DNA from: Okamejei kenojei
Lineage: Eukaryota
Assembly (NCBI GenBank): GCA_035221665.1
Contig: CM069138.1
Span: 77,934,001 to 77,998,000, forward strand
Reading direction: 5' to 3'
Length of the DNA stretch: 64,000 nucleotides
Part shown: positions 51,092-63,463 of the stretch, piece after piece
Numbering within the stretch: position 1 is the first letter of the stretch
Layout: every line of letters starts with the position of its first letter
The notes under the pieces: model-generated
Database searches by the model: none
Seen by the model: only the letters and a program-made list of their open reading frames with translations
Told to the model about the DNA's origin: nothing
Program-made: the position numbers and the translations under genes

Positions 51092-51967
51092 GATTAGGAA
51101 TAGGTAATTTTCAGCAGCGTATGACAAGACAGATGAATGTTCCTGGGGAAATAAAATCCATTCAAAATGTTAGTTCTTTGGATGCTGGCAGATCAATTCT
51201 CTACGACCAACACCACAATTATTCCTCATTTCTCTGACTTGAGGTCTATCTTTTTTCTGAACATATTTGTAAAGGCCCTGAGGTTAATTGTCAGTTTGTG
51301 TGTCCATGTATCAAAGTCCAAGGCAATTGTTGAAAAAAAGACAAGTATCCCACAAGGCATGAACCACAGATATATAAATTGTTGATTATCATCTAATTGC
51401 ACTTATCATCCAGCAGTTGTGTTTATGGTAACTAATATCAAGCAAGGTTAGTTTTCGACTACAGTCTAAAGGGATTCCAGCTGTTGAGCTAAGGTTATCT
51501 TGTAAATTAATACAATGCTGTTGAGGTAATATTTCTCCTAAAGGCCCTGTTCACTCAGCAGGGATGTTTCATGCAAACAGAGTTAATAGCAAAACAGACT
51601 CTGAAAACTGCACAATAATGTTACCAGGTTGGCTACCAGTGGAGCCCTGCACAGCAGCAGATGTTCAACCTGATGCTTAACAGTGATCAATTATATTGTT
51701 AGAGCTCCCCATTACATGACAAGATCTCAAAGGTCCTGTACTTGAGAGTGATAGAAATCATTTCTGCACTTGGCTGATGAGAAAAATAAAACACAAATAT
51801 CAAAAGAAAAAAAATCAGAGAGCTGTGTACTTTCTGTCATTTTCACAGAATCCACTTAAACATAATCAGTCGAATATATCTTGTCTTTTCTCCCAATGAA
51901 ATCTAACATGGTTACCAATGAGCAGTGCATGTTTGCAACGTGAACAGCTGAAATATATATTTCGCCT

Positions 51968-52080
51968 TTTGGAAACAGACCTTTGGGCCCAATTTGCCCA
52001 TGTCGACTAAGATGCCTCGTGTATACTTGTCCCATCTGTCCACGTTTGCCCCATATCCCTCTGAACCTTTCCAATCCATT
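51968..52080 (-). mobile_element. CR1 3' end fragment
   Basis: GGAAACAGACCTTTGGGCCCAA...CCCCATATCCCTCTGAACC. Confidence 0.7.
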
Positions 52081-52584
52081 TTCATAGGTGTTCTTAATTA
52101 AAAGCTGAAACTGATTTGTACCAAATACAAGGAACAGTTTTGTGAAACAGTAATCTGCGGTGTATTCAAAAGACTAGTGTGATAAGGGCAGAAAGTATCT
52201 GTAGTGTGACATGAGACAACTCTGCAAGATTTAGATATTTATGGCTGGGTTGTGCAGATAAATTAATTTCTGATCTATTGCCTTTTAATAACCCTCGAGA
52301 GGTTGGTGGTAATGAACAGCCTTTTGCTGCAAATAGATGGCATGGACAATAAAACTAAATAAAACTGAGATTTATAGAGGAAAAAAAAAGCTACTTGGAC
52401 ATAACCGAGAAGATATTTGCCATCAATGGAAAAATATGTTTCTCACCCTGGAAACTGCAAAGTCTAATATAGAATGACATTTCTATACAACATCGAAGAA
52501 ATGTTAAGACAAAGCACTGAATCAAAATTTTATCTTATCTCCAAGATGATGGGAACGTTACCTTGGCACAAACCAATGAATAAA

Positions 52585-53624
52585 AGACCACACGGAAGGG
52601 CTGATCCCCTAACGCAATATTACACCTCTCCACCAATTCCAATATTGGTGGCCAGTGGGGGGGGGGGCGCTTTCTGGAGCGCTAGCATGGGTGTTGTGGG
52701 CTGAAGGGACTGGTTTCCAGAGCGCTAGTATGGACATTGTGGGCCGAATGGATTCTTGGGCTGGCGGCTCAAGCCTGTTATGTTGGCAGCTCACTCACTC
52801 ATATCTGGTGGGCTGGCAGTTGACTCACGGCTATTCCTTGAAATTCTATTTCAAGCAGGGTGCAAGGCCACCAAATTCAAGTGCAGTTTCTTACCATTTG
52901 AAGCAGGGTGCAAGGCCACTAAAGACAGCGAGTCGTGACCTCTCCCTCCTCCATCTTGCAGAGACTGAGCCACACCTACACTTCTGGGTTTTATAGTTCC
53001 TCCCCCCTCCCACCAGAAGGGGTGTGGTTGACAGGAGAGAGAATCTCAACATTTTTTCATCATTAATAACTTTTATTTTTCACCGATGGGAAAAATCCTT
53101 GGCACCTGATGAGCGGAGGGGGACTCTGAGTAAGATGGCCAAAATTCACAGCCATGTGTGGTAGCGTTATTTTTTCTAAAAACAATATAAAGCGCAAACA
53201 GGAAGTGGTCAAGATTAGACTTTCAATTATATAGAGAGCAAGGCAACTTTAATTAGGCAAAGCAACTTTAATTAGGCAACACAGCTTTAGCATTTCCAAA
53301 CCAAAGGCAACACTGCTTTAGCATTTCCAAACCGAAGGCAACACAGCTTTAGCATTTCCAAACCAAAGACATCACAGCTTTAGCATTTCCACACCAAAGG
53401 CAACACAGCTTTCGTATTTCCAAACCAAAGGCAACACAGCTTTAGCATTTCCAAACCAATGGCAACACAGCTTTCGTATTTCCAAACCAAAGGCAACACA
53501 GCTTTAGCATTTCCAAACCTTATTTTCAAACCACATTAAGGGCACTGTAGGTGGCAGCGTTTTTTCTAAAATCAATATACAGACCAACAGGAAGTGGTCA
53601 AGATCAGACTTTTAGTAATATAGA
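52585..53624 (-). mobile_element. Non-autonomous Helitron-like element with internal tandem repeats (left boundary approximate)
   Basis: Minus strand begins A|TCTATATTACTAAAAG, resembling a Helitron 5'-TC terminus inserted after A. No TIR or TSD seen; the 3' CTRR and hairpin are not clearly resolved. Confidence 0.5.
53275..53519. repeat. 31-bp minisatellite, about 8 copies
   Basis: Unit GGCAACACAGCTTTAGCATTTCCAAACCAAA; preceded by two copies of a related 20-bp unit GCAA.GCAACTTTAATTAG(G). Confidence 0.95.
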
Positions 53625-54444
53625 TACTATATTATATATATTTAGAAAAACATCAGAAAACGATGTAAGAATAGACCATGAATTCACAATTTAAACAATA
53701 ATTATTTTGTTGACATAACTATCTATACTAATTAAAGAAATGGATATGACAGCAGACATGACATTATATCAGTGCAATAGCTTGATAACCTTACATAGAT
53801 AATAGAACAGAACCATTTCAACATTGTGCTTCCATTGCGTAACGTATCCCCTTGGTACCGAGTATCTCTACTAACAAGATCATCTAAAAATTAGAGACAG
53901 CAAGTCCTCTACGAGCCTCAAAAGGATAGTTGTTGCTATCTCTGGCTTTTCATTGCATCATCATCAACCAGTGACATGCAACTTGATCTGTCATTGGTTT
54001 TTATTTGCATTAGTCTAGTTAACAGATGTCTCGGCTTTTTACCAAGAATATGTATTCTATATATCCACCATTATAGAAGCCAAACTTCAGCCAATTCAGT
54101 TAACTGCACACGATACCAAGCAACAGCTGAGTGTATTGTACACAGCAAAGACTATGGGACCAGACAATAAAAAAGTCAGTGCTCAAGAACACAAAAATCA
54201 CTTCAGAATCTAGTTGAGCTGCTCCGTAACTGTTACAACACTGGCATCTACCCCATCATGTGGAAAATGGTTCAATGCATGTCTGCTTACAAAACAAATC
54301 CAATCTTGCTAATTACCGTTTAACTAGTCTACTTTCAATCATTATAACAAAACCTATAGCAAGCAATCTAACATTAAAAGGGTCATGCACCTGTCCTATA
54401 AAGACAATTCTGTCAGCTCATTGTAGTAACATTGTCCAAATTTC

Positions 54445-56180
54445 ATAACTTAGTAGGTCTGTGCTCATCCACATGCAATTGGATCTTTGACTTCCTCATT
54501 AGAAGATCACAATCAATACAAATTTGCCATAACAGCTCCTCCATAATGACTATGCGCACAGGGGGAACACAAGGCTGTGTGCTCATTCTGCTAGTCTGTT
54601 GAAAGACTTCACTGCCAGACATGCCTCCAATGCCATCTTTAAATTCTGCAAGGTTAGTACCATTGTTGGATGAATAGATGAGTATGGGTACAAGAGGGAG
54701 ATCAATAACCTGATTAAATGGTGACTGAACAACAATCCTGTTCTGAATGTTTGCAAGACCAAGGAGCTGCATGTTAACTTCAGGAAGGGAAAGTCAAGGA
54801 TTCACAAATCCATCTTCATTGGCAGGACAGCCAATGGAGAAAGTTAACAGATATAATTTTCCGTACATGTATATCTCCAAAGATCTGTCCTGTGCCCAGA
54901 AGGTTGATGAGATCACAAATAAAGCTCATCAATACTGGTTCTTCTCAGAGGTTTGAAGAGAATCGGCATGTGGCCAAAGACTTCATCAACTGACAAATGC
55001 ATGGTAATGAGTTTACTGGATTGGTAACTCAAAACCCAAGAACACAGGAGAGCACAGAAAAGTGGTGGATATAGTCTGGTCCACTATGAGTAATGACCAT
55101 CATCATAATCATACTTTATTTGCCAAGTACGTTTTGCAACATATGAGGAATTTGATTTGCCATACAGTCAAACGAATGAAAAGCAACAAAACACACATTT
55201 TTTTTTTAACTTGAGCATCCACCACAGTGACGCCTCCATATTCATAACTGTGATGGAAGGCGAAAAAAAGTTAAATCTCTTCCCTTCTTTGTTCTCCCAT
55301 GGACGGGGTCTCGAGCCTTCCATTGTCGGGATGATCTTGGCTCCCGCAGCCAGCGGTCGGGCCCTCCACATCGGGCCGATGAAGCTCCCACAATGGGGGG
55401 GATCTCAGCTCCCCCACGCCGGGAGATCGGACCCCGGGTCGGGGCTTGTCGAACGTCCCGCGGCTTTGGAGCTTACCGACATCACTCTCCACCCAAGACT
55501 GCGAGCTCCACGATGGTGAAATCCACAATCAACAGGCGAGGGATCGCAGGCACCGATGGTAAGTCCACGGCCCCACGGTGGGGCTCAAAATCAGTCTCGA
55601 GCAAGGCCGCCAGCTCCATGATATTAGGCCGCAGAGCGACTGGAGATACGATCCGGAAAACAATCGCATCTCCAGCAAGGTGAGAAATTACCCCGAGCCC
55701 CTCCCACCCCCCCCCCCCCACCACATAAAATAAACCACAGAACATTAACAAAAACTTTTAAAACACACTAAAAATAACAAAACAGACGAAAAAAACAGAC
55801 AGACCGTTGGCGTGACTGCCATCGCTGACGGCGCCACCCGGCATCATCAAAGGCATCCAAAGGAACTGCTGCCTCAAAAAGGTAGCTAATATTATCAAAT
55901 ACCCACATCACCCTGCCCATGCTCCCATCTTATTGCCAACATCAGGAAGAAGTTACAAGTGCCTGAGAACCATGATCTCCAGATTCAAGAATAGCATCTT
56001 GCACCACACAGCACAATCCCAACCACAAACCTACCTCAGCAAAACATTTCCATAGACTTTGCTGATGTCTTATCACATATTTCAGTTTGCACTTTTATGG
56101 TCGTCTTTCCTAGTATAACTGATAATTTATTGTATTATTAGTAATTGTATATTTCATTGTTGATCATTGTATTTCAATGA
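54445..56180 (+). mobile_element. Degenerate Rex1/Babar-like LINE, interrupted at 55106-55841
   Basis: TGCAATTGGATCTTTGACTTCCTC (CNWIFDFL), CAAGGCTGTGTGCTC (QGCVL), and 3' TTGCCAACATCAGGAAGAAGTTAC. Confidence 0.8.
55106..55841 (-). mobile_element. Young GC/CpG-rich non-autonomous retroelement with a LINE-like 3' tail
   Basis: 8-bp TSD CATCATCA (55098-55105, 55842-55849); minus strand starts CCGGGTGGCGCCGTCAGCGATGGC and ends GCAAATAAAGTATGATTA. Confidence 0.8.
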
Positions 56181-56814
56181 TCAGGTAATGTGAAGGTGAA
56201 TTAGAACAGAATAAGAAATCCCAGTTTATTATCAATTATTAAACCACAGGTTGAATGTATGTTCAGCTCTTAAGATCGGATGAGGTGAGACATTAGTTCT
56301 GCAATCAGCAAGGTGATGGAAGGTGCCTTGACAATGTCGGCAGGCAGAATTTATTCATCAATTATTTGCTCACCATTGTCTAGTTTGGGTTTCATCAAGA
56401 CCAGTCGGCTCCAGACCTCAAAATTGACTTGATCCAAATTAGATCAAAGGGTTGAATTCCAAAGATGAGGTAAGGCAAGAATGATATCCTTGCTGTCAAG
56501 GTAGTATTTAATATCAGAGCCCTTGTAAAACCAAGTATCAAGGGAAAGCATTCCAATGGGGGGAAATATTCCAATATCTCACACAAAGGAAAATGGTTGT
56601 GATTGATGGAGGTTAATCATTCCTGTCCCAGGGCAATAATGCAGGTTGTTTCTCAGGACAGTGTGCAAGGCAAAACCATATCAACCATTTGGATACAGTG
56701 GATCAGGCCCTTTACCATCTCCAAGTTCCCCGTTAACACCATGCTGAGGAACACTGTTGACCAAGAAGTACTGCAACAGGGCAGCTATATACATATTGTG
56801 GTTACAGACAGCAG

Positions 56815-57135
56815 AGTGTGCAGTGGGTTGAGCTGCTGTCTCAAAGTGCCGGAGACCCAGGTTCAATTCTGACTTCGGTGCTATCAGTGTGGAGTTTGCA
56901 TTTTCTCCCTGTGACCTGATGAGTTTCTTCCGGATGCCCTGATTTCCTCTTGCATCCCAAAGATGTGTGGGTTTGTACGCTAATTGGCTTCTGTAAATTG
57001 TCCCTAATGTGTAGCGAGTGGATGAGAAAGTGGGATGGCATGGAACCAGTGTGAATGGGTTATTAATGATCCACTTGGAATCGGTAGAGCGAAGGCTCTT
57101 TTTCCATGCGGTATCCTTCAATCAATTCAATCTCT
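56815..57135 (+). mobile_element. HE1-type SINE (older copy)
   Basis: B-box-like GGTTCAATTC; body GGAGTTTGCATTTTCTCCCTGTGACC; (TCAA)n tail. Confidence 0.8.
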
Positions 57136-58624
57136 CAATCAACACTGACTTGGAAATGTTATTGGCAATCCTTCATCATCACTCAGTCTAATTCAGGAAC
57201 AGTCTACCGCAGCAGATTAAAGAGATAGCTTACCATCATCTTCAAAAGTACAATAAGGGATACAGATAACTACTGCGCTTACACGGAAAACCCAGATCTT
57301 AACAAATTATTATAAAGACTAAGGATATTGGTGGCTTCTAACATGTTATAATAGCATTTATGAGCTTCCGTATTATATCATAATCATATTATATCATAAT
57401 GATATAATACTTTTCACAATTACCTTACTCATAGAAAATAGAGATTTCAGATTTATTAACAATTCCAGCAATAACATCAAGAACATGCAAAAACATGTAA
57501 AGACAAAGATTTGATTCTGAAATCAAACATCTTGTGATTTTGGTTGAGGTTTCAGCCACAAGTCCTGACTTTCCTTCGCTTTCTTTCCCCAGATCACATC
57601 ATGCTTCTGAAGTCTAGGATTACAGTCTATTTACTGAGTTGTGCAGTTCAAAAATGGCTTACATGCAGATATTTTTAAATTATCCTCAAAAATGTTATAG
57701 CATGAATGTAAGTTTCATAATTGTAATAATTCCTTGACTAAATGTGTTTGATACAATTCACTTGATGCCATTTAGTTTGTCACTCTGATAATAAGGAGCG
57801 ATTTCAATGCCAGGCTGGTTATCGTTCACCAACGATGAAAACTTCATCCTAGCCTCATCATAAGTACAGGTGACATGGCCACTCCTTTTCACTGCCGTGT
57901 CCATATGCCAGTTGATTTAGCCAGGCTTGTTCTGTAAATCTTAAAAAGAATCCGCAGAGTTAGGCTTCTTTTCAGAATGTTTCCTCGTGTGTGCTGAGTT
58001 CAGTCCATGACTGCAACTCACTTAAAGCCAAGTTATTTTCGTAATAGCCTTCTCCACGGCCTTATCTGTCCATGATGTCACCTTCAGGGACCCATGGACT
58101 TGTTCACCAAAGGCCTTCTGTTCCTCAGTGCTCCCTAGCTTTCATTGTGATGCATTATCTTGCACATACCACAATTAAAGTCCATCTTTCATTCAGAGAG
58201 ATCCTTTCATGCACAGCTGAACAAGATGAAAACATTTTTTTACCTTGCGTGAAAATTTAAAATTTCATTGTCTAGTGTGTGCCTGTATTCTTTCCCAATT
58301 ACAAACATATTACCTGAAAAGCAGTTCTTCAGTTCTAGGACCATTGTCAATGAGATTTCATAAATGTTATCTTCAGGCTTTGATCTTCCACTTGAAGTAT
58401 TTTAAGGACCTAGGAAGTGGTTAAATTACTGCAGAAATCCCTCACTTGAGATCACTTACATGACCATCTGCATCTTTGTAGATTATTCTCTGAAAGCCTT
58501 TTACACAAAAATGCAATCATGTTGTCTCATCATCCATTATTAAAAGGGAACAGAATAAAAATGGGTATCTTCCCAATTGTGTGCCTAAGTACTTTATTCT
58601 CAAATTTACTTCAGTAACAGAAAT

Positions 58625-58643
58625 GGCACCAGAAGAGGGCACG
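58625..58643 (+). promoter_or_regulatory. Candidate CTCF-binding motif
   Basis: GGCACCAGAAGAGGGCACG versus core consensus CCASYAGRKGGCRS (one mismatch), in apparently unique sequence. Confidence 0.45.
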
Positions 58644-59489
58644 GCAGAGAGTTTGATTTCACTCGGCAGTTCCTTGTGAATTTATCAGTACACTGCCTAT
58701 AATTTTCCGCCAATTGAAGTCAGTCGATGGAAAACTGGAGCAGGTGCATCTCCAGTTTACAAATACCGTCTGCCACATCCCTGTGGCAGAGCTGCACAAT
58801 GGAATGAGGACACATCGTTACTGAAGCAGAGATGACACAGATTGAGGCTGTCCTGTTGTTTTTCTCTCTCTTTCCTGGTGAATGCCTTTCATGTCTTACT
58901 TTCTGTCCACTAAATATCTTCTGAGCTGTAGCACATTGTAGCCATTAATCATTCCCTCTCCAATGGGCCCACTGCCATGCCCTCCAGTGGAAAACATTAC
59001 AAACCTCTGGGTCACAGACATGCTCTAACTTGGAGAGTACTCCAACATTCACATGGCATTTGTGGCTGAAGGGAAAATATATCATTCCATCAGAGTATTG
59101 AATATCCATTATTTGTCTCCGAGAACTCAAATGTTGTACAGTATATGCTGCAACATGTCTTTCAAACTGCCTTTTTAATGGAGAGAGCAACGTTAACAGC
59201 GATCATTCCCAACTGAGAGAGAATGACATTTTAAATATATATATCATTACCCTTTGGAAATTGATATTATATTTACAAGTAGCACTCAAGTCACATAATG
59301 CCAGGCAATGACAATATCCAATAAGAGAAATTGCAATTAGCATTTGACGGCATTATCATCATTATTTTCCTGAATATCAATGGTTCAATGTTGTTTTAGT
59401 TGTCACATCTGCAACTGCATTGTGAAATTCTTTTTGCATTGATTACACATGCAGGTGCTGCCATGTTTATCCTGGTGATTGCTATTGAA

Positions 59490-59990
59490 TAGAAACTGAA
59501 GTAGCCATATACACCATAGGATGGATGTCAACTTATTGAAAAGGGTGCAGAAAAACCATGAAGATATTACTAGAGGGTTTGAGTTATAGGGAGAAGGTGG
59601 ATGAGCCGTGATGACCTAATAGGGGTACATAAAATCATGAGTTGTGTAGATAAGATAGACATAGTCGTAGTCTTTTTTCCCAGGTGAGGGCAGTAGAAAA
59701 CTAGAGGACATGGATATAAGGCGAGAGGGGAAAGAATTAAAAGGAACTTGTGAGACAGCTTTTTTCACACAGAGGTTGGTGGCTATATGGAACAAGCTAC
59801 CAAAGGAACCTGTAGTGGATCCAATACATAATTTAAAAGACATTCCAACGTACATTGATGGAGGAACTTTGAAGGATATGGGGCAAATGCAGACAAATGG
59901 GATTAGCTTGGATTGACATCTTGATGGCAATGCACAAGTTGGGCTAACACTCCTGTTTCTTTGCTGTGTGACGGACCCTCTTTGACTCTG
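59490..59990 (+). mobile_element. Degenerate CR1 3' fragment
   Basis: FFTQRLVAIWNKLP. Confidence 0.8.
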
Positions 59991-60000
59991 CGACATGAGC

Positions 60001-60306
60001 AGGGCAGCACAGTGGCAAAGCTGCTGGCTTACAGTGCCAGAGACCCAGGTTCAATCCTGACTACGATTGCTGTCAGTACAGAGTGTGTATGTTCTCCCTG
60101 TGACCACGTGGTTTTCTCCAGTGCTCTGGTTTCCTCCCACGCTCCCAATATGTACAAATTTGTAGGTTAATTGGCTTTGGTAAAATTGTAAATCGGTTCT
60201 CATGTGTAGGATAGTGTTAGTGTATGGGGTGAGTGCTGGTCGGTGTGGACGGTGATTCAAAGGGCCTGCTTCGGCGATGTATCTCTAAAGTCTAAAGTAA
60301 AGTCTA
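60001..60306 (+). mobile_element. HE1-type SINE
   Basis: B box GGTTCAATCC (60048-60057); tail TATCTCTAAAGTCTAAAGT. Confidence 0.88.
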
Positions 60307-62363
60307 ATGATGGCTAGGCACCCTCTAGTAACCCCCTCCAAATGTGTCTACCATCTACAAGACCATGTCAGGAGTGTGATGTGATCCATTGATCGGCACG
60401 ATAATAGGCACGCTAACCACAACCATTCACTCGCTCCATCCACCAATGCATGCAAGCAGCAACATTCCATACCATCTACAGGATCTACCATCTACACCAA
60501 ATCACTAGCATTGCTTAAGGCTCACTTGCATTGTGTATTAGATCATTTATAAGTACATTTAAGAATGACAATAGTTTTCTTAAAGTTTTAACATAGCTGA
60601 TAAAAAGATTATACAAACATTGAAAGATTTAACAATAATGACTTTTATACACATCTTGTGCTTTGCAGCACAATGTGTAAGAGCACCTCCACCCCTGCTT
60701 TCTAAGCATTTTTTAATCTAAGAGGTTTTTCTGCTACTGAGAAAACACAAGAGGGTTCCTAAACCTGAAAATTCCAAGTATTTTTTATATATTACCAGGG
60801 ATTCTGGGCCAAATTCAAATGTGAAGGGATTACTTGATTCTAATTTTGATTAAAAAATAATGTACTGCTGAAATTACAAAAGTGAACCAATGCAAAAAAA
60901 GAAAATCTTTCTTAAGAAAGCAATTTAATTAGCGGGTCACTAATTACAGAGCAAAATTGACATTCTCCCACTTTTCATTAAAAATATATATTTCACTCCT
61001 GTTCTATTGTATTATCAGTGTTTAACCTTCATCCCTGCAATTTTTAATGTGATATTATCTTTTGTTCTTTAATTCCATTAACCAACAAATGATCTATTCA
61101 TTACATTACTTGAATGAATAGGTTGAATTATTCACATACTGATAATAGATTAACTATGGCATAACTATGATTATATAAGCATCAGGTAATGGCTTATGGT
61201 TCAGAAATAATACACATCAAATCACTAACAATTATTTCATCATTAGCTGATTATTTGAAATCTCTAACCACGCACAATGATTTGTATAATTTTCTCCTAA
61301 CATACGTGCTATTTATGATTTTTTTTCATAAAATTGACAAAAAAAGTTTAAACAGCAGAAACCTGCTTATTTTGATATTTTTACTTGTGCTGTGTTTTGT
61401 CAATAGACAGGGTTTACAGTGATTTCCCATTATAACTTTCTCATGATCCTATTCCTGCAGCTCAACACTGAAGCCTGGTTGCTCTTGTGACATGAGCTGC
61501 TATAAAAATGATTAATCAATTTTATAATACATAATGAGCATATTTGGTCAGACGCTGAAGCTTTTACTGTCAAAGTATGATGAAACCATATGAGATTCAA
61601 GACACACCGCAGCATCATACAACATCCATCATCTGCGAGGTAACTGCTTTTCCTTAAAGTCACTCGGGCAGAAAATGAACAGCTGCCATTGCTGTTCATA
61701 AGAGAGGTGGCTTCTTCTTACTGTTGTAACAAACACTCTTTTGCTGTGCCTTTACAGAGCAATATCATATAGTACAGTAACATTAACTTAAATGGAAAAG
61801 GTCATAATCAAATCTGGAAACTGATATTTTGTTTTCAGACAATACTTGTCAAGAGTTGTATTTTCGAAAAGACTGTGATTGCTTTTCAAACCCTTCATGA
61901 CAAAAAATAATCACAACTACATTGATGATGGCTAATGCTTTACAACTTAGCATGCTTGAAGAAATATGTGTGTAATTATTTGATATTTTGGTTTCTGATG
62001 TTCATGCTTTGAGATATAACTATTTCGATGTGCAGCTGTAATGGCACAGAATACTGTCACTTAACACTGAGCACTGTTGACTGATAGCATATTGATTTAT
62101 TCTCTCCTCTCATTCCCTTTCCATCCCCTGCCACCTCTTGTCTCACTGTCATTTCAATAAAACAAGTGGATAATTTTGGTTCTTGGTCAATGGAGACCTG
62201 CTATAGGGGGTATTGTGATTTAACAGATATTGAGATGCAGGAGAAAAGAGAAGCTAAAATAATTTAGCACAAAAAATGAAAATAATATGTAACCCAACTT
62301 CTGCAGGGTGGAAAATAGGCTGCTGAGGGTTGACTGCTTATGAGAAGCACAGGCTGATCATCG

Positions 62364-62600
62364 AGGCACAAGAGACTGCAGATGCTGGAATCTGTCGCGA
62401 AGCAAAGAAAGCAGTGTGAGGAACTTAGTTGGTTGGGCAACATCTGTTTTTAGGACATTTATTTTGTTGTTTTGAGTCAAGACCCTTCATCGATACCAGA
62501 GTAGATAGAGGGTACCGACCCAAAATACGGACTGTCCATTTCCCTCCACAGATTCTACCTGATCTGCTAAGTTCATCCACCTGCTCTTCATTTTATGCTA
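62364..62600. mobile_element. Older inverted dimer of a related Penelope-derived element
   Basis: ACTGCAGATGCTGGAATC...CAAGACCCTTCATC, then GAGGGTACCGACCCAAAA...TCCCTCCACAGAT. Confidence 0.65.
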
Positions 62601-62999
62601 CAGTCTGATTATTATTTCCATTGGTAGCGGATCCATTCATTATCAGCCATTCTTCTTCCAAATGAAATTGAATATTGAAGATCTCTGATCAGCTCGCCCA
62701 CATTTTGTTTAGTTCTGGTTATATTGTTAGAACAGAAAATGATTCTGACAATTTATATGACCTGCTTGAGAGAAAAAAAAGATCTTCCTTGGTTAAATAT
62801 TTTTCGCAACCAACTATTCCATACTTGAAGTATTGTAGCACTAAAGAAAATCAATATCATGACAACAAACTGATATATTCTTTTCAACAAGTTCTTGAGC
62901 TAACAGCTACTGCAAGTACTTTAAGTGTGAGGGAGAATTTTGCTTGAAGAGGACTTTCAAACTATCTGTTCACTTCACATCCAATCTTGTGCAAGATAT

Positions 63000-63172
63000 T
63001 ATAGACGATATATTGCAGCATTTATTTCGAGAGGACAACAATACAAACACAGGGGTGTAATGCTTAGGCTCTAAAAGCATTGGTCAGACCACATTTGGAG
63101 TACTGTGAGCAATTTTGGGGCCCATATCTGAGGAAGGATATACTGGTGCTGGAGGTGGTCCAGAGGAGGTTT
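63000..63172 (+). mobile_element. CR1 RT fragment
   Basis: TTGGTCAGACCACATTTGGAGTACTGTGAGCAATTTTGG ([13 protein letters not shown]). Confidence 0.8.
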
Positions 63173-63351
63173 AAGCATTGAAAAGTTTGGTTCAGTATTA
63201 CCAGGAGGTCACACAAATGTGCCATGCTACTCAAGTTCCCCAATTCAGTAATTGCTTTCTAGTCATCTTCTCACCTATCCCACTGCTCCTTCTTTTCTAC
63301 CAGTTGAGGTTAGCTTTGGGTTTCCAAACGCCTGATCTGTTAAGACTTAGT

Positions 63352-63463
63352 GGGACACAAAAAGTTGGAGTAACTCAGCGGGACAGGCAGCATCTCTGGA
63401 GAGAAGGAATGGGTGGCGTTTCAGGTCAAAAACTTTCTTCAGACTGCTGGCTCCTTCCTACAC
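63352..63463. mobile_element. Penelope-derived element with a short inverted tail
   Basis: Reverse arm plus forward TCCTTCCTACAC; 10-bp TSD AAGACTTAGT (63342-63351, 63464-63473). Confidence 0.88.

Larger units (their letters stand above)
54190..56790 (+). mobile_element. Ancient CR1-clade LINE split by a Rex1-like insertion (pieces about 54190-54440 and 56400-56790)
   Basis: ANYRLTSLLSII on the left (compare NYRPISLLS); CTCAGGACAGTGTGCAAGGC on the right (compare PQGSVLG). Confidence 0.55.

Noticed and set aside
53275-53519. 31-bp repeat array as a CRISPR array
   Set aside because: Units are head-to-tail with no unique spacers, there are no cas genes, and the context is vertebrate.
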